Source: Candidatus Zhuqueibacterota bacterium
GTDB lineage: Bacteria > Zhuqueibacterota > Zhuqueibacteria > Residuimicrobiales > Krinioviventaceae
NCBI GenBank assembly: GCA_034521575.1
Contig: JAXHMJ010000001.1
Span: 263,282 to 327,281 of the forward strand
Length of the DNA: 64,000 bases
Direction: 5' to 3'
Shown here: piece after piece, positions 38,866 to 50,250 of the stretch
Layout of the letters: each line of letters starts with the position of its first letter
Position numbering within the stretch: the first letter of the stretch is position 1
Made by a program: the position numbers and the translations under genes
Notes under the pieces: generated by a model
Databases searched by the model: none
What the model saw: the letters and a program-made list of their open reading frames with translations, nothing else
Told to the model about the DNA's origin: nothing

Positions 38866-39405
38866 GCCCGGATATCTGGAAAAAATCTGTTGTGCCTTGC
38901 TTTGAAATGCGGCCGGCAGATTGTAAAATGTTATTTTGAAATGTTTAGAATATACTAAACCATTATTGAAATAAAAATGATGTTACACCGCTTTGCAAAT
39001 GGTTCAACCCGGCCTTTGACCGGAACATGATTTATACTTGATTTAACTGAATTTTTTACGTATAATGAATTGTCTCATTGTATTGTAGAATAGTGGTGTA
39101 CGCTGTTGGCCGGATGATTGTTTCACTGCAAGACCATTGCGAGGACAAGGGTCTGCGATTGCGGCGGGAATAACAGGAGCGGGAGAGTTTATGACTCGGC
39201 CGGGTAAGAGATACCGTTTGACGGGATTTTTGATTTGCAGGGTGATGAACCACAACGGGGTAAAAATCGATAGAGCATATACTGTATCCTGCAGACCAAG
39301 AATGGCCCCGGCGGAGTTTGACAGTCCCGCCGGAAAGGGGGTATCTATGAAGAAAAATAAAATTGGGAAAACAGGACAACAGACGGCTGTCGTGGTCGGC
39401 GCCTC

Positions 39406-41694
39406 ATGAGTAGCAACGGAAAAAACAAAGCCGTAGCTCTGCGACGACGGGCGGAAAAACTGTTGAACGAATCCCCCGAGACCTATAAAGTCTCTGAACT
39501 CCAGGACGTGAACAAGCTGGCGCATGAACTGGCGGTGCATCAGGCTGAACTGGAACTGCAGCATGAAGAGCTGCGCAATACGCAGCTCATTTTGCAGAAA
39601 ACCCGCGACCGGTTTGCCGCATTGTTTGAACACGCGCCGGTCGGATATGTGGTGCTGGATGACGCGGGAATGATCCGCCAGACCAACAGCACCTGGGGAG
39701 ATATGTTGGGCCGTCCAGGTGAGGAATTCCGCGGCAAACCATTTTCTGAATTTATTCTGAAAGAGGATGCGCCGATTCATCATCCCGATGATCTGGAACG
39801 GGTGACAAAATGGCTGAATGACTGTATTGAATCCGGCAGTGATCAACTGGAGCCGAATGAATACAGGCTCGTTAAAAAAGACGGTCAAGTGATTACCGTG
39901 CACGCCCTCGGTGTTATCGAGCGAGATAAAGAGAACGTCAAGGTGTTTGCAACGCTGCAAGATATTACTGAACAGAAACACGCCGAGGAAGCGCTTCGCA
40001 AAAGTGAAGAAAAGCACCGGATTACACTCAATTCAATAGGCGATGCGGTGATCGCTACGGATGTAAAAAGCCGAATTATACATATGAATCCGGTGGCCCG
40101 GGATCTGACGGGCTGGGAATTAAAAGAGGCCCTGGGTCAGGATTTGAGAACAGTTTTTAACATTCAGAATGCAAAGACCGGAAAACGGGTTAAAAACCCG
40201 GTTGAACCGGTGCTGAAATCGGGGAACATTATTGGTTTGGCCAATCATACCAAACTCGTATCCAAGGACGGTCAGGAATACCAGATCGCCGACAGCGGCG
40301 CGCCGATTAAAAATGCAACGGGTGAAATAACCGGTGTGGTGTTGGTGTTTCGGGATGTCAGCAAAGAATATCAAATGCGGGAGGCGTTGAGAGAGCGCGA
40401 ACAGAGATTCCGTTCTGTTTTTGAAACGGCCAATGTGGGAAAATGTATCACGCAGCCGGACGGTCAGGTGTTTTTTAACAAAGCATTTTGCGAGATGCTG
40501 GGATATACAAAGGAGGAGTTGAGAGACAAAACCTGGCAGGAATTAACTCCTGATGCAGATATAGAAAAAAGCACAACACAAATAGCACCATTGCTGAATG
40601 GAGAAAAGGATTCGGCCCGATTCGAGAAACGATATCTTGATAAAAATGGATCGATCATTTGGGCGGATGTCAGTACGGTTCTGCATCGCGATGATCAGGG
40701 TGACCCTCAATTTTTTATTACAACCGTCATTGATATATCAGAGCGCAAACAAATGGAAGATGCGCTGCGGCAAAACGAGCAGAATCTGAAAGAAGCCCAG
40801 CGCCTGGCCAAGATCGGCAGCTGGTTGTGGTATTTTGACAGCGATGAACTCTATTTGTCGGACGAGATGTACAATATTATGGGTGCAAAGAAAGACAAAA
40901 TCTTGCTGCGGGTTGATCAGCACAAGCGCTATTACACGCCTGAAAGCTGGCAGAGATTTCAAAAGGCCGTGGAAACCGCTAAAAAAACCGGTGAACCCTA
41001 TGAAATCGAGCTTGAACTGATACGCAAAAAAGGTGAAAACCGATACACTGTGGCCCGGGGAGAACCCGTGTTTGATCATGAGAAAGTGATCGGTCTGCGC
41101 GGAACCCTTCAGGATATCACCGAGCATAAAAAAACAGATCAGATCATTAAAGAAAATGAGCGGAAATTCAGGACTTTGGTGGAACAGATCGCTGACGGCC
41201 TGCTTTTGCATGATCTGGACGGAAAGATTCTGGCCGTAAATCAAACCTCTGTCAATCAATACGGCTATTCCCGCGATGAATTGCTGAACATGAATGTCAG
41301 TGATATTGATCCGGATTATGATGAACGCGAAGAAAAAGGCGCATTTTATGATCAGATGAATTTTAACGATCCCGTTCGCTTTGAAGCCCGGCAACAACGC
41401 AAAGACGCCGAGATATTCCCGGCCGAGGTGACTCTGACCAAAATCCGGTTGCAGGATCAGGTTTATATCATGGGACTTTGCCGCGATATCAGTCAACGCA
41501 AAAAAGCGGAAAATGAATTGAGAACGCTTAAAGACAGGCTTGAACAAGAAGTGGAGAAAAAAACAAAAGAGTTGCAGCAGAGACTCCAGGAGCTTGAACG
41601 CTTTCATGACGCCACCATTGAACGCGAGTTTCGCATGAAAGAACTGCGGGATGAAAATGATGAGCTCCGCGAAAAGATAAAAGACATTCAATGA
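39406..41694 (+). CDS. multi-PAS sensor protein without output domain
   Basis: HELAVHQAELELQHEELR coiled coil, about six PAS/PAC repeats (D-TE-K), C-terminal ERFHDATIEREFRMKEL coil; no HisKA, HATPase or GGDEF. Confidence 0.8.
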   Translation: MSSNGKNKAVALRRRAEKLLNESPETYKVSELQDVNKLAHELAVHQAELELQHEELRNTQLILQKTRDRFAALFEHAPVGYVVLDDAGMIRQTNSTWGDMLGRPGEEFRGKPFSEFILKEDAPIHHPDDLERVTKWLNDCIESGSDQLEPNEYRLVKKDGQVITVHALGVIERDKENVKVFATLQDITEQKHAEEALRKSEEKHRITLNSIGDAVIATDVKSRIIHMNPVARDLTGWELKEALGQDLRTVFNIQNAKTGKRVKNPVEPVLKSGNIIGLANHTKLVSKDGQEYQIADSGAPIKNATGEITGVVLVFRDVSKEYQMREALREREQRFRSVFETANVGKCITQPDGQVFFNKAFCEMLGYTKEELRDKTWQELTPDADIEKSTTQIAPLLNGEKDSARFEKRYLDKNGSIIWADVSTVLHRDDQGDPQFFITTVIDISERKQMEDALRQNEQNLKEAQRLAKIGSWLWYFDSDELYLSDEMYNIMGAKKDKILLRVDQHKRYYTPESWQRFQKAVETAKKTGEPYEIELELIRKKGENRYTVARGEPVFDHEKVIGLRGTLQDITEHKKTDQIIKENERKFRTLVEQIADGLLLHDLDGKILAVNQTSVNQYGYSRDELLNMNVSDIDPDYDEREEKGAFYDQMNFNDPVRFEARQQRKDAEIFPAEVTLTKIRLQDQVYIMGLCRDISQRKKAENELRTLKDRLEQEVEKKTKELQQRLQELERFHDATIEREFRMKELRDENDELREKIKDIQ

Positions 41695-41715
41695 TGATCA
41701 TCAGCGCGCATATGA

Positions 41716-41830
41716 TCTGGTGTGTGGTATTGTGGTACGGGGTATGAGATGTGAGGTGTTGAGGTATGCGGTATTGCAGTATGCGGTACGGGGTATGAGG
41801 TGTGAGGTGTGTGGTGTGTGGTGTGAGGGT
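41716..41830 (+). repeat. degenerate heptamer tandem repeat (TGxGGTR)
   Basis: About 16 units such as TGTGGTG, TGTGGTA, CGGGGTA, TGAGGTG, TGCGGTA. Confidence 0.7.
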
Positions 41831-41913
41831 TAGTTGGTTGGTTGAGACGAGTATTGGGCGGATAGATCGTGTATACGTTAGAGAATCTGAATAAACTGTT
41901 TTCTGCATAGGAT

Positions 41914-43049
41914 GTGATGATTATTGATGCCATAAATATTTCTTTACTGGTGCTGATCGGTTTCAGGTTGGTGGCTCTACTGTTCTTTTTTGAGCTTTAT
42001 GTGAGGAAAAGAGATCTGAAATATGCAGTGCTTGCGTTTGCCTGGTTTGCTTATCTGCTCGGTCCGATTCTTGGTTTGTGGGGGTACAATAATACCGGAC
42101 AAATTAATCACCCGGTTTTTGGACTTTCGGCTGCAATCGGGACCTATTTGCTGCTTTGGGCAGTCCTGCTTTATTTTTATCATATTTCCAAACGCGCGGT
42201 ACTGTTCTGGACGTTTTCCCCGATCCTCATACTCGGACTTGCGATGCTGTACGTCCCGGAACTGGGGAGTAAATCCGCTGTATTTTTGCAAACACTTTTT
42301 ATTATGCTGGCATTGGTGATTGTACTGTTCAAACGCAAAGAATTTGTGGCCTATGCCGGAAGCAGTTATACATGGCTGGTGATTTTTCTTGTTGTTGCAT
42401 TGACGCATGCGTTCGGGTTTCTTCAAATTTATCCCAATGCACCCTTGTCCCTGAAATTTTTCTTTACCTTTATCCTCAATGCTTTCCTGTTTATGTTTTT
42501 TGTCAGGTTTGATCATCATATTGCTTTGAATGAGTTAAAAGCAAGCGAGGCGCGATTCCGGTCCATCACGGAAAATTCGGCGGATGCGATCTTTATTGTG
42601 GATCAAAAGGGTGATTATCAATATGTAAATGAAAAAGCTTGTGAACTGTTTGGATATTCAGAACAAGAATTCTGCGGTATGAATATCACGGACTTGAATC
42701 GGAAAACATTACCGGATACGTTCAAATATTTGGTTGAAACCGGCAGTCTTTTCACTGAACTCGAGCTGCGAAAGCGGGATGGAACGAGTATTCCGGTGGA
42801 TATTAATGCAGTTCGGTTGCCCAATGGCTGTTTTTACTCAAGCTGTCGGGATATTACCGAAAGGCGGAAAACCGAGGATGAACTCTATCAGTTGAAAAAT
42901 GAACTTGAAGAGAAAATCAGAGAAAATACGATCGAACTGCAGGAAAAGATAGCTGATTGCAGCAGTTCCGGGATGCGACCATTCACCGTGAATTGCGTAT
43001 GGAAGAGTTGCGACAAGAAATCAAGGCATTGAAAGAGGAACGGGATTAA
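41914..43049 (+). CDS. membrane (about 7 TM) + PAS sensor protein, frameshift near 3' end
   Basis: Hydrophobic N-terminal half, RFRSITENSADAIF PAS. A one-base shift near 42956 restores LQQFRDATIHRELRMEEL...ERD* ending at 43049. Confidence 0.7.
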
Positions 43050-43319
43050 AAAAGTTTTTCGAAAACATGAATATTCATGCAAAGAATTCTCCGTTGATAT
43101 GTCTTGTTATTGAATGCTGAATTTTTTATACTGGACTTGTCAAAGCATTACATCTATGCAGTGCTAACGCAAGAGTGTGCCCCCGGCATTTCAAAGCATA
43201 TAATAATAGAGGTCGCGGAAATTGCTTTAGGCATGGTGCAATAACGTTTGAGTGATTGGAAGCCAAGTGTTGTACAATAGCAAAACAAACAGGGTCAGCA
43301 AGTTCTGTTCTTCTTATGT

Positions 43320-46300
43320 ATGGTGTTTACATCAGGGTTAGCACAGTACAATCCATCAAACCTGCAGTTTTATCAAATTGATACTGAAGATGGCCTGTCT
43401 GATAATACAATAACGGCGATACAAAAAGGACCGGATGGATTCATGTGGTTTGGTACTACATCCGGTTTGAATAAATATAATGGATATGATATTCAAATTT
43501 ACCCTGCCCGTACGGATAGCCTCTCACTTTCCGATAGCTGGATCACGGATATTGAAATTGATGCTTCAGGAAATCTGTGGATTGGCACTCAGAATGGGGT
43601 GAATCGTTATATCCCGGAGTATGATGGATTCGAACACCACCTAAAGGGTATCTATATCCACAAGCTTGCTGTATTGCGCGGAGAGCAATTGGCTGTCTGC
43701 ACGCATAGCGGATTGGCGCTTTATAATGCGGAGCAAAACGATTTCCGTCTGTTTGAACATGATCCGGAGAATGGCAATTCGATCAATAACAACACTGTCA
43801 TGGATATCATTTCTCTTTGCAATGGAGATATCCTAATTGCGACAGCGGATCAAACCATTCAAAGATTCGATCCGGTGAACAAAAGATTTACATCCGCGCT
43901 TGATTTTCAGGGACTGCCCCATAGCCGTTATGAAAAATATCTTTTTCAGGATACCAGCGGATGTATCTGGGTCGGTACGGATGCACACGGTGTTATACGT
44001 TATCAGCCGAAGGACAGCAGCTTTGTAGATTATACCGGAAACCCTGCAAAAGATTTGTCTTGTGATTTTATTCAGATACAATCGTATTTGTTTGTTGGGA
44101 CTGAAGGCGGCGGTGGACTGCAGTGTTTTAATCTTGACGCCAAAGCGTTTTCCACTATTTTACCCGATCCCAAAGATCAATTTTCACTCTCCAATGGAGA
44201 TGTTTTTTCTCTTTATTATGACCGAGTCAGCCAAATTCTCTGGGTGGGTACCCTGTCGGGTGGTGTAAATGTTCATGATCCGCGCCGTAAAAAATTCGAT
44301 TTGATCAAAAACAATCCCTATGATTCTACCTCACTCAGCCCCAATCCGGTTGCAAGCATCTTTCAGGATTCAAAAAACAGACTTTGGATGGGCACTGATC
44401 ATGGAGGGCTTTGTTTGTATAGAGGACCGGAACAGGGATTCCGTCATTACACAACGGCGAACAGCGCCCTGAGTTCGGATGCTGTTATGGATGTGGAAGA
44501 GGCGCCGGATGGCCGGATTTTGATCTCGACCTGGGGCGGGGGTGTCAATGTATTCAATCCCGAACGCGGTCATTTCACCCGCTTTATGGAAAATCCCGCT
44601 GATGATCGATCCCTTTTATCGAATAATGTAGCTGATATGTATGTGGATCAGCAATCCAGAATCTGGCTCACCGTGTCTAAACCCGGCGCCGCACGTTTTG
44701 AATATGAAAGCGGCTCCTTTCAACCGCTTGCCGGGTATTTGGAACTGCCTGACTATTTGCAGGCCATAGGATCGGACGCCAACGGTGATGTTTGGATGAC
44801 GGGGCAGCGGCAGGGTGTGTGGATTTATCAACCGGATCGTCAACAGGTGCACCCGATTGGTCATTTTACAGATGATTCTTTATCTGTAAGCGTCTTAAAG
44901 GGTGGAAATCAAATTTACCGTTCTGACAGCAATGATATCTGGATACCGGCTGAAAACGGGCTGTTTCGGATTCATCCTCACACAAAAAACACCATCAAAC
45001 GTTATACACGCGAGGATGGACTGCCCGGCAATTCCGTTGCGAGTATTATTCAGGATCACAAAGGCCTGTACTGGCTGGGCACCTCTCATGGACTGTCGCG
45101 ATTCGATCTTTCTACGGGTGAATTTGTCAATTTTGATCTTTCTGACGGTTTACAGGGGTACCAATTCGAAAGCGGTTTGGCTTGCAAAGATTCCAGCGGC
45201 TATTTGTATTTTGGCGGCAGTAAGGGGTATAACAGGTTTCATCCGGATAACATTGCTTACAATCGAACACCGCCGCCGATTGTGTTTACGGATTTTAAAC
45301 TTTTTAACGAATCGGTAAATTTCGGCAATGAGAATTCTCCGCTGTCCCGCCATATTAATGAAACAAAGCGTATCGAGTTGAATGATACACAAAAGGTATT
45401 GACATTTGAATTTGCCGCTTTGAATTTCACGAATCCGTCGCAAAATAAATACGCCTGTAAGCTAACGGGATTTGATGAAACATGGATTCAATTGGGGCAC
45501 AAACGCACCGTGACCTATACAAATCTTGATCCCGGAGATTATACGTTTTCTGTAAAAGCGGCCAATAATGACGGGATATGGAATGAAACCGGCCGGCGTG
45601 TCGAACTTGAAATTATTCCGCCTTTTTGGCAAACCGCCTTGTTCAGGATCACGGGCCTGTTTGCAGGACTGGCGCTCATTCTATTTCTAATCCGACATAG
45701 AACCCGAACGATTCGCGCGAGAAACCTTCGACTTGAGGAAATGGTCGCCGAGCGCACTCGTGAACTGCAAGTCTCAAAACAGGCGCTACAGCAGTCGCGG
45801 GATGACCTCGAAGACAGAGTGCGGGAGCGTACCGCTGAACTTACAGAACTCAAGAAAAGTCTTGAACAAAAAGTGGAACAAAGCACAAAAGAACTGCAGA
45901 AAAGGGTTCAAGAGTCTGAAAAAAGTCAGAAAGCCATGCTTTATATGGTCGAGGATCTGAACCGAATCGCATCGGAACTCAAGACAGAACGCCGCAAACT
46001 GGAATTTTCCAATCAGGAGCTTGAATCTTTTGCCTATTCCGTATCGCATGATTTGCGGGCGCCGTTACGCGCCATGGACGGATTCAGTCGGGCGCTGTTG
46101 GAAGATTATCAGGACAAACTGGATGAGCAGGGCCGTGATTATGCGCGGCGAGTACGTGACGCCAGCCAGAGAATGGGACATCTGATTGATGACTTGCTGC
46201 AATTGTCGCGCGCGTCACGATATAAAATGAGTCCGAAAACCATTGACTTTAGTAAAATGGTTCGCGACGAGTATGAACGGCTGAAAACCGCCGAGCCGGA

Positions 46301-46737
46301 CCGGAATGTAAAATTGATCTGTGCTGACGGGATGAGCGCTTACGGTGATGTTCACCTTCTGTCTCTGGTGATCCAGAATCTGCTGGGTAATGCATGGAAG
46401 TTTACAAAAAAAACAAAACAGGCGTGTATCGAGTTTTCTGCGCAGAGCAATTTTAAGTGCAAAGCCCCGAATGCGGAAATAGATGAGGAAGAACTTGTTT
46501 ATTTCGTTCGAGATAACGGCGCCGGATTTGATCAGGATTATATTGATAAACTGTTTCAGCCGTTTCAGCGCCTGCATACGGACAACGAGTTTCCCGGCAC
46601 AGGTATTGGACTTGCCACGGTTCAGCGTATCATTCGTCGACACAACGGCAGCGTCTGGGCGCAGGGGGGTGTTGGAAAAGGCGCTGTGTTTTATTTTACA
46701 TTGTTTGAAAAAAAAAATAAAAATCCGAGAGGTATGA
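43320..46737 (+). CDS. sensor histidine kinase with Reg_prop/Y_Y_Y beta-propeller
   Basis: Repeated LW-GT propeller blades, YTNLDPGDYTF, TM, SVSHDLRAPLR H-box, NLLGNAWKF, DNGAGF, GTGIGL. As written the frame runs on to 46793; one fewer A in the A10 run stops it at 46737. Confidence 0.88.
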
Positions 46738-46738
46738 C

Positions 46739-47191
46739 ATGCGGGAAAAAAGAATACTGCTGGTTGAGGATGACGAAAATGACATGCTGCTGACCTTGCG
46801 TTCTCTCAAGGACAGCAATATAGTCAATCCGATCGATGTGGTTCGAGACGGTGTGGAAGCTCTGGATTATCTCCTGGGTCGGGGTCAATATTCTGACCAT
46901 CAGGAAAGAGACGCGCCGGCGGTTGTGCTTTTGGATTTAAAACTTCCCAAACTCGGTGGCCTTGAGGTTTTACGGCATATTCGCTCTGAACCGCGCACAA
47001 AACATTTGCCTGTTGTCATTCTGACCTCATCTTCTGAAGAAAAAGATATAATTAACGGTTATAAGCTGGGCGCCAACAGCTATGTGCGCAAACCGGTCGA
47101 ATTTGAACAATTCTGCAGCGCGGTAAAACAATTGGGATGTTACTGGGTGCTGCTGAACCAGGCGCCGCCGATTGAAGGGAATTGCTTATGA
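46739..47191 (+). CDS. single-domain response regulator (Rcp1-like)
   Basis: LLVEDDEND, VRDGVEALDYL, LLDLKLPK, GANSYVRKPV. Confidence 0.92.
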   Translation: MREKRILLVEDDENDMLLTLRSLKDSNIVNPIDVVRDGVEALDYLLGRGQYSDHQERDAPAVVLLDLKLPKLGGLEVLRHIRSEPRTKHLPVVILTSSSEEKDIINGYKLGANSYVRKPVEFEQFCSAVKQLGCYWVLLNQAPPIEGNCL

Positions 47192-48780
47192 GTGAAACTA
47201 TCCGAGTGCTTGTTGTAGAAGATTCTGAGGATGACGCTTTACTGGTGCTGCGTACGTTGCGGCGTGGCGGCTATGAACCGGATTGGCTGCGCGTGCAGAC
47301 CAGAAAAGAGATGCAATCCGCTCTCAAAGAGCGAGAGTGGGATGTTGTGCTGTCGGATTACAAATTGCCGCGTTTTGATGCTCCATCCGCCCTGCGCGTA
47401 CTTTTCGATAGCGGGCTGGATATCCCCTTTATTGTGGTTTCCGGCACCATCGGTGAGGAGGTGGCGGTAGATGTTATGAAAGCCGGAGCGCATGATTATT
47501 TTTCGAAAGATAAATTAATGCGGCTGACATCGGCTATCAAACGTGAAATTCAGGAAGCAGAAAACAGACGCCGGAGGTTAGTCGCAGAACAGGAACGCGA
47601 AAAACTGCAAGAGCAACTGAGCCAGGCTCAGAAACTTGAATCTATTGGCCGATTGGCCGGCGGGGTAGCGCACGATTTTAATAATATGCTGAATGTTATA
47701 CTGGGTCATACTGAAATGCTTTTGGATGACCTGCCTCGGCAAAGTATATGGCGGGCATCGCTTGAGGAAATCCGAAAAGCCGCACAGCGTTCTGCGGATC
47801 TCACCCGACAACTTTTGGCGTTTGCCCGAAAACAAACAACCACTCCCAAAGTGATCGATCTTAATGATACCATTCAGGGAATGCTCGGTATGCTGCGTAA
47901 ACTCATTGGGGAGAATATAGAGTTGGTCTGGCAGCCGAGTCGAAAAACCGGGTGTGTACGCATGGACCCGAGTCAATTGGATCAAATCCTTGTAAATTTA
48001 TGTGTCAATGCGCACGATGCCATCGACAAGGTGGGCAGCATCACCATTACGACTGATCATGTTGCTTTTGAAAAAGAAGATTATTCCCAAAATTTTGATA
48101 TTGTGCCGGGCGATTATATGCTTCTGGTCGTCACAGATACCGGACATGGTATGAGTAAAGAGACTCTGGCCCAGATATTTGAACCTTTCTTTACGACAAA
48201 AGATGTCGGCAAAGGAACCGGTCTGGGGTTGTCCACGGTGTTTGGGGTTGTAAAGCAAAATAACGGATACATACGAGTGTACAGTGAACCCGGACAGGGG
48301 ACGACCTTTAAACTTTATTTCCCCGAGTGTTCGACCCAACAGGATCGGCATGATGTGAAAGAGATCCCGACGGCATCTGCACCAGGTGAAGAAACCATTC
48401 TGCTTGTAGAGGATGAACCTGCTATTTTAAAAATGACCGGTACGCTTCTTGAGCGTTTAGGATATAACGTGCTGAGCGCAGCGACACCGGTTGAAGCGAT
48501 TCAACTTGCCGGAGAGTATGCAAAACAGTTAAAAGAACAGAAAACCGACAATAACATTCATCTGCTGATTACGGATGTGGTGATGCCCGAGATGAACGGG
48601 CGCGATCTGGCGGCAAAACTGGTTGACATTTACCCCGATATCAAAGTCCTGTTTATGTCGGGATATACCAGTGAGCATATTTCGCATCAAGGCATGCTTG
48701 AGAATAGTGTTGATTTTTTGCAAAAACCCTTTTCACACAAGATGATAGCAAACAAAGTGCGGGAGGTAATGAAGAAATAA
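47188..48780 (+). CDS. hybrid REC-histidine kinase-REC (CckA-like)
   Basis: VLSDYKLP, LAGGVAHDFNN, NLCVNAHDA, FTTKDVGKGTGLGL, LLITDVVMP. Confidence 0.92.
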   Translation: MSETIRVLVVEDSEDDALLVLRTLRRGGYEPDWLRVQTRKEMQSALKEREWDVVLSDYKLPRFDAPSALRVLFDSGLDIPFIVVSGTIGEEVAVDVMKAGAHDYFSKDKLMRLTSAIKREIQEAENRRRRLVAEQEREKLQEQLSQAQKLESIGRLAGGVAHDFNNMLNVILGHTEMLLDDLPRQSIWRASLEEIRKAAQRSADLTRQLLAFARKQTTTPKVIDLNDTIQGMLGMLRKLIGENIELVWQPSRKTGCVRMDPSQLDQILVNLCVNAHDAIDKVGSITITTDHVAFEKEDYSQNFDIVPGDYMLLVVTDTGHGMSKETLAQIFEPFFTTKDVGKGTGLGLSTVFGVVKQNNGYIRVYSEPGQGTTFKLYFPECSTQQDRHDVKEIPTASAPGEETILLVEDEPAILKMTGTLLERLGYNVLSAATPVEAIQLAGEYAKQLKEQKTDNNIHLLITDVVMPEMNGRDLAAKLVDIYPDIKVLFMSGYTSEHISHQGMLENSVDFLQKPFSHKMIANKVREVMKK

Positions 48781-48799
48781 GCGCTTTATTGATATATCT

Positions 48800-49795
48800 T
48801 TAAACCGTGTTGCCGTAAATATCCAGTATCACCTCAGTTGCCAGTTTCGCTTCTTCCCCCGGCACACAGGGTTTTCGGTTTTGCTGCACCGCCTCGATAA
48901 AATCGCGTACAATTGTTTCGTGCCCCGCCGTCTGTGTGACCGCTGCGCTGCCGGCTCCGGAATGAAAATTTTGCCCCTGACATTCGCTGGGATTTTCAAG
49001 GTCCGGCACATCCCACACGCTGATGATATCATTTTTCATGCTGAACGATCCCTTTTCTGCATGGACCTGCAGCTCCGGCGCATATCCCGGCCAGGCCACA
49101 GTGGATGCAACCATGCTTCCGATCATACCGTTCGGGTGCCTCAGCAGGACAGCCCCGTGGTCCTCGGCCTGAATGCGGTGGGCAAAGGTGTCGGTCATGC
49201 TCACAACTTTATCGGGCTTGCCGAAAAACCAGCAGTAAATATCGACATTGTGACAGGCCTGCTGGATAAAGGGGCCGCCGCCGTCAATCTCCCGGCCGCC
49301 CCGGTACGGCGCGCTGTCATAATAATCCTGACCGCGCCAGAATTTCACCCACAAATCCGCGGCGTAAACACGCCCCAGTTTACCCTCATCAAGCAATTGT
49401 TTGATGGTCTGATTGTCCCGGCTCATGCGGCGCTGGTACGCCACGCCCAGCTTGACGTTGGCGTGGCGGCACGCCTGCAGCATGGCAGCCATGTTTTCCC
49501 GATTAATATCCAGCGGTTTTTCCACCAGTACATGTTTGTTCAGCGCCGCGGCATCGATAGCGCCACGGTGATGCAGGCCGTTCGGTGTGGTGACAATGAC
49601 GGCATGGTAACTTGACTCAATCTGTACAAGCGTTTTTTGGATCTCAACCGGCCGGTCTTTGGGTACATAGTCCGGACGTGTCAGTGAGCGTGAAACAAAT
49701 CCGGCTACCTCGGCCTGATCGAGATTTTCAATCACCTGCCAGTAGGTTTGACTGATATTGCCGGTGCCGATGATGACAAAACGAAAGGAGGACAT
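48800..49795 (-). CDS. Gfo/Idh/MocA oxidoreductase
   Basis: IIGTGNI, HVLVEKP, GVAYQRR, GGGPFIQQACHNVD. Confidence 0.9.
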   Translation of the reverse strand: MSSFRFVIIGTGNISQTYWQVIENLDQAEVAGFVSRSLTRPDYVPKDRPVEIQKTLVQIESSYHAVIVTTPNGLHHRGAIDAAALNKHVLVEKPLDINRENMAAMLQACRHANVKLGVAYQRRMSRDNQTIKQLLDEGKLGRVYAADLWVKFWRGQDYYDSAPYRGGREIDGGGPFIQQACHNVDIYCWFFGKPDKVVSMTDTFAHRIQAEDHGAVLLRHPNGMIGSMVASTVAWPGYAPELQVHAEKGSFSMKNDIISVWDVPDLENPSECQGQNFHSGAGSAAVTQTAGHETIVRDFIEAVQQNRKPCVPGEEAKLATEVILDIYGNTV

Positions 49796-50250
49796 GGCCG
49801 TTCCCGGTTTTTTTGCTGTTCTAACCTGTGACTAAAATATAGGCAAATTACGGGCATTTTGCAAGATTTTTACAGATATTCTATTGATTATTATATGCTT
49901 GCTTGGTTTGATTTTTTCAGCCGTTCCTCCATAAACGGCAGAGACGGGGTCTGTAGAAACCAAGCGTGTGGTTTCAGGGAGGACAGTACAATATTGGAAA
50001 GCATAAAATACTCTGCCGGTCGTGCTTTTTCATACTTGACTGTGTCGTCTCACTTATTTTCTGTTTGGGAACTGTATGATCAGCCCGGTTTTTGCGGATT
50101 TAGCGCCGGGTAAAATGTGTTGAAATTTGATGAATTTTAGTGTATATTACAGACTTGTGATTGAATGGTCATCTGTGCGGTAAGAGCTTCCGCCCTGTTT
50201 GAAATATCACTGGTTTTAGAGACCATTTTTAATTTTAAAGGTGAACGGGT

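Noticed and set aside
39130-39409. Intact cheY/cheB genes before the PAS protein
   Set aside because: Only short scraps (e.g. TAVVVGAS*) are present; too little to call.
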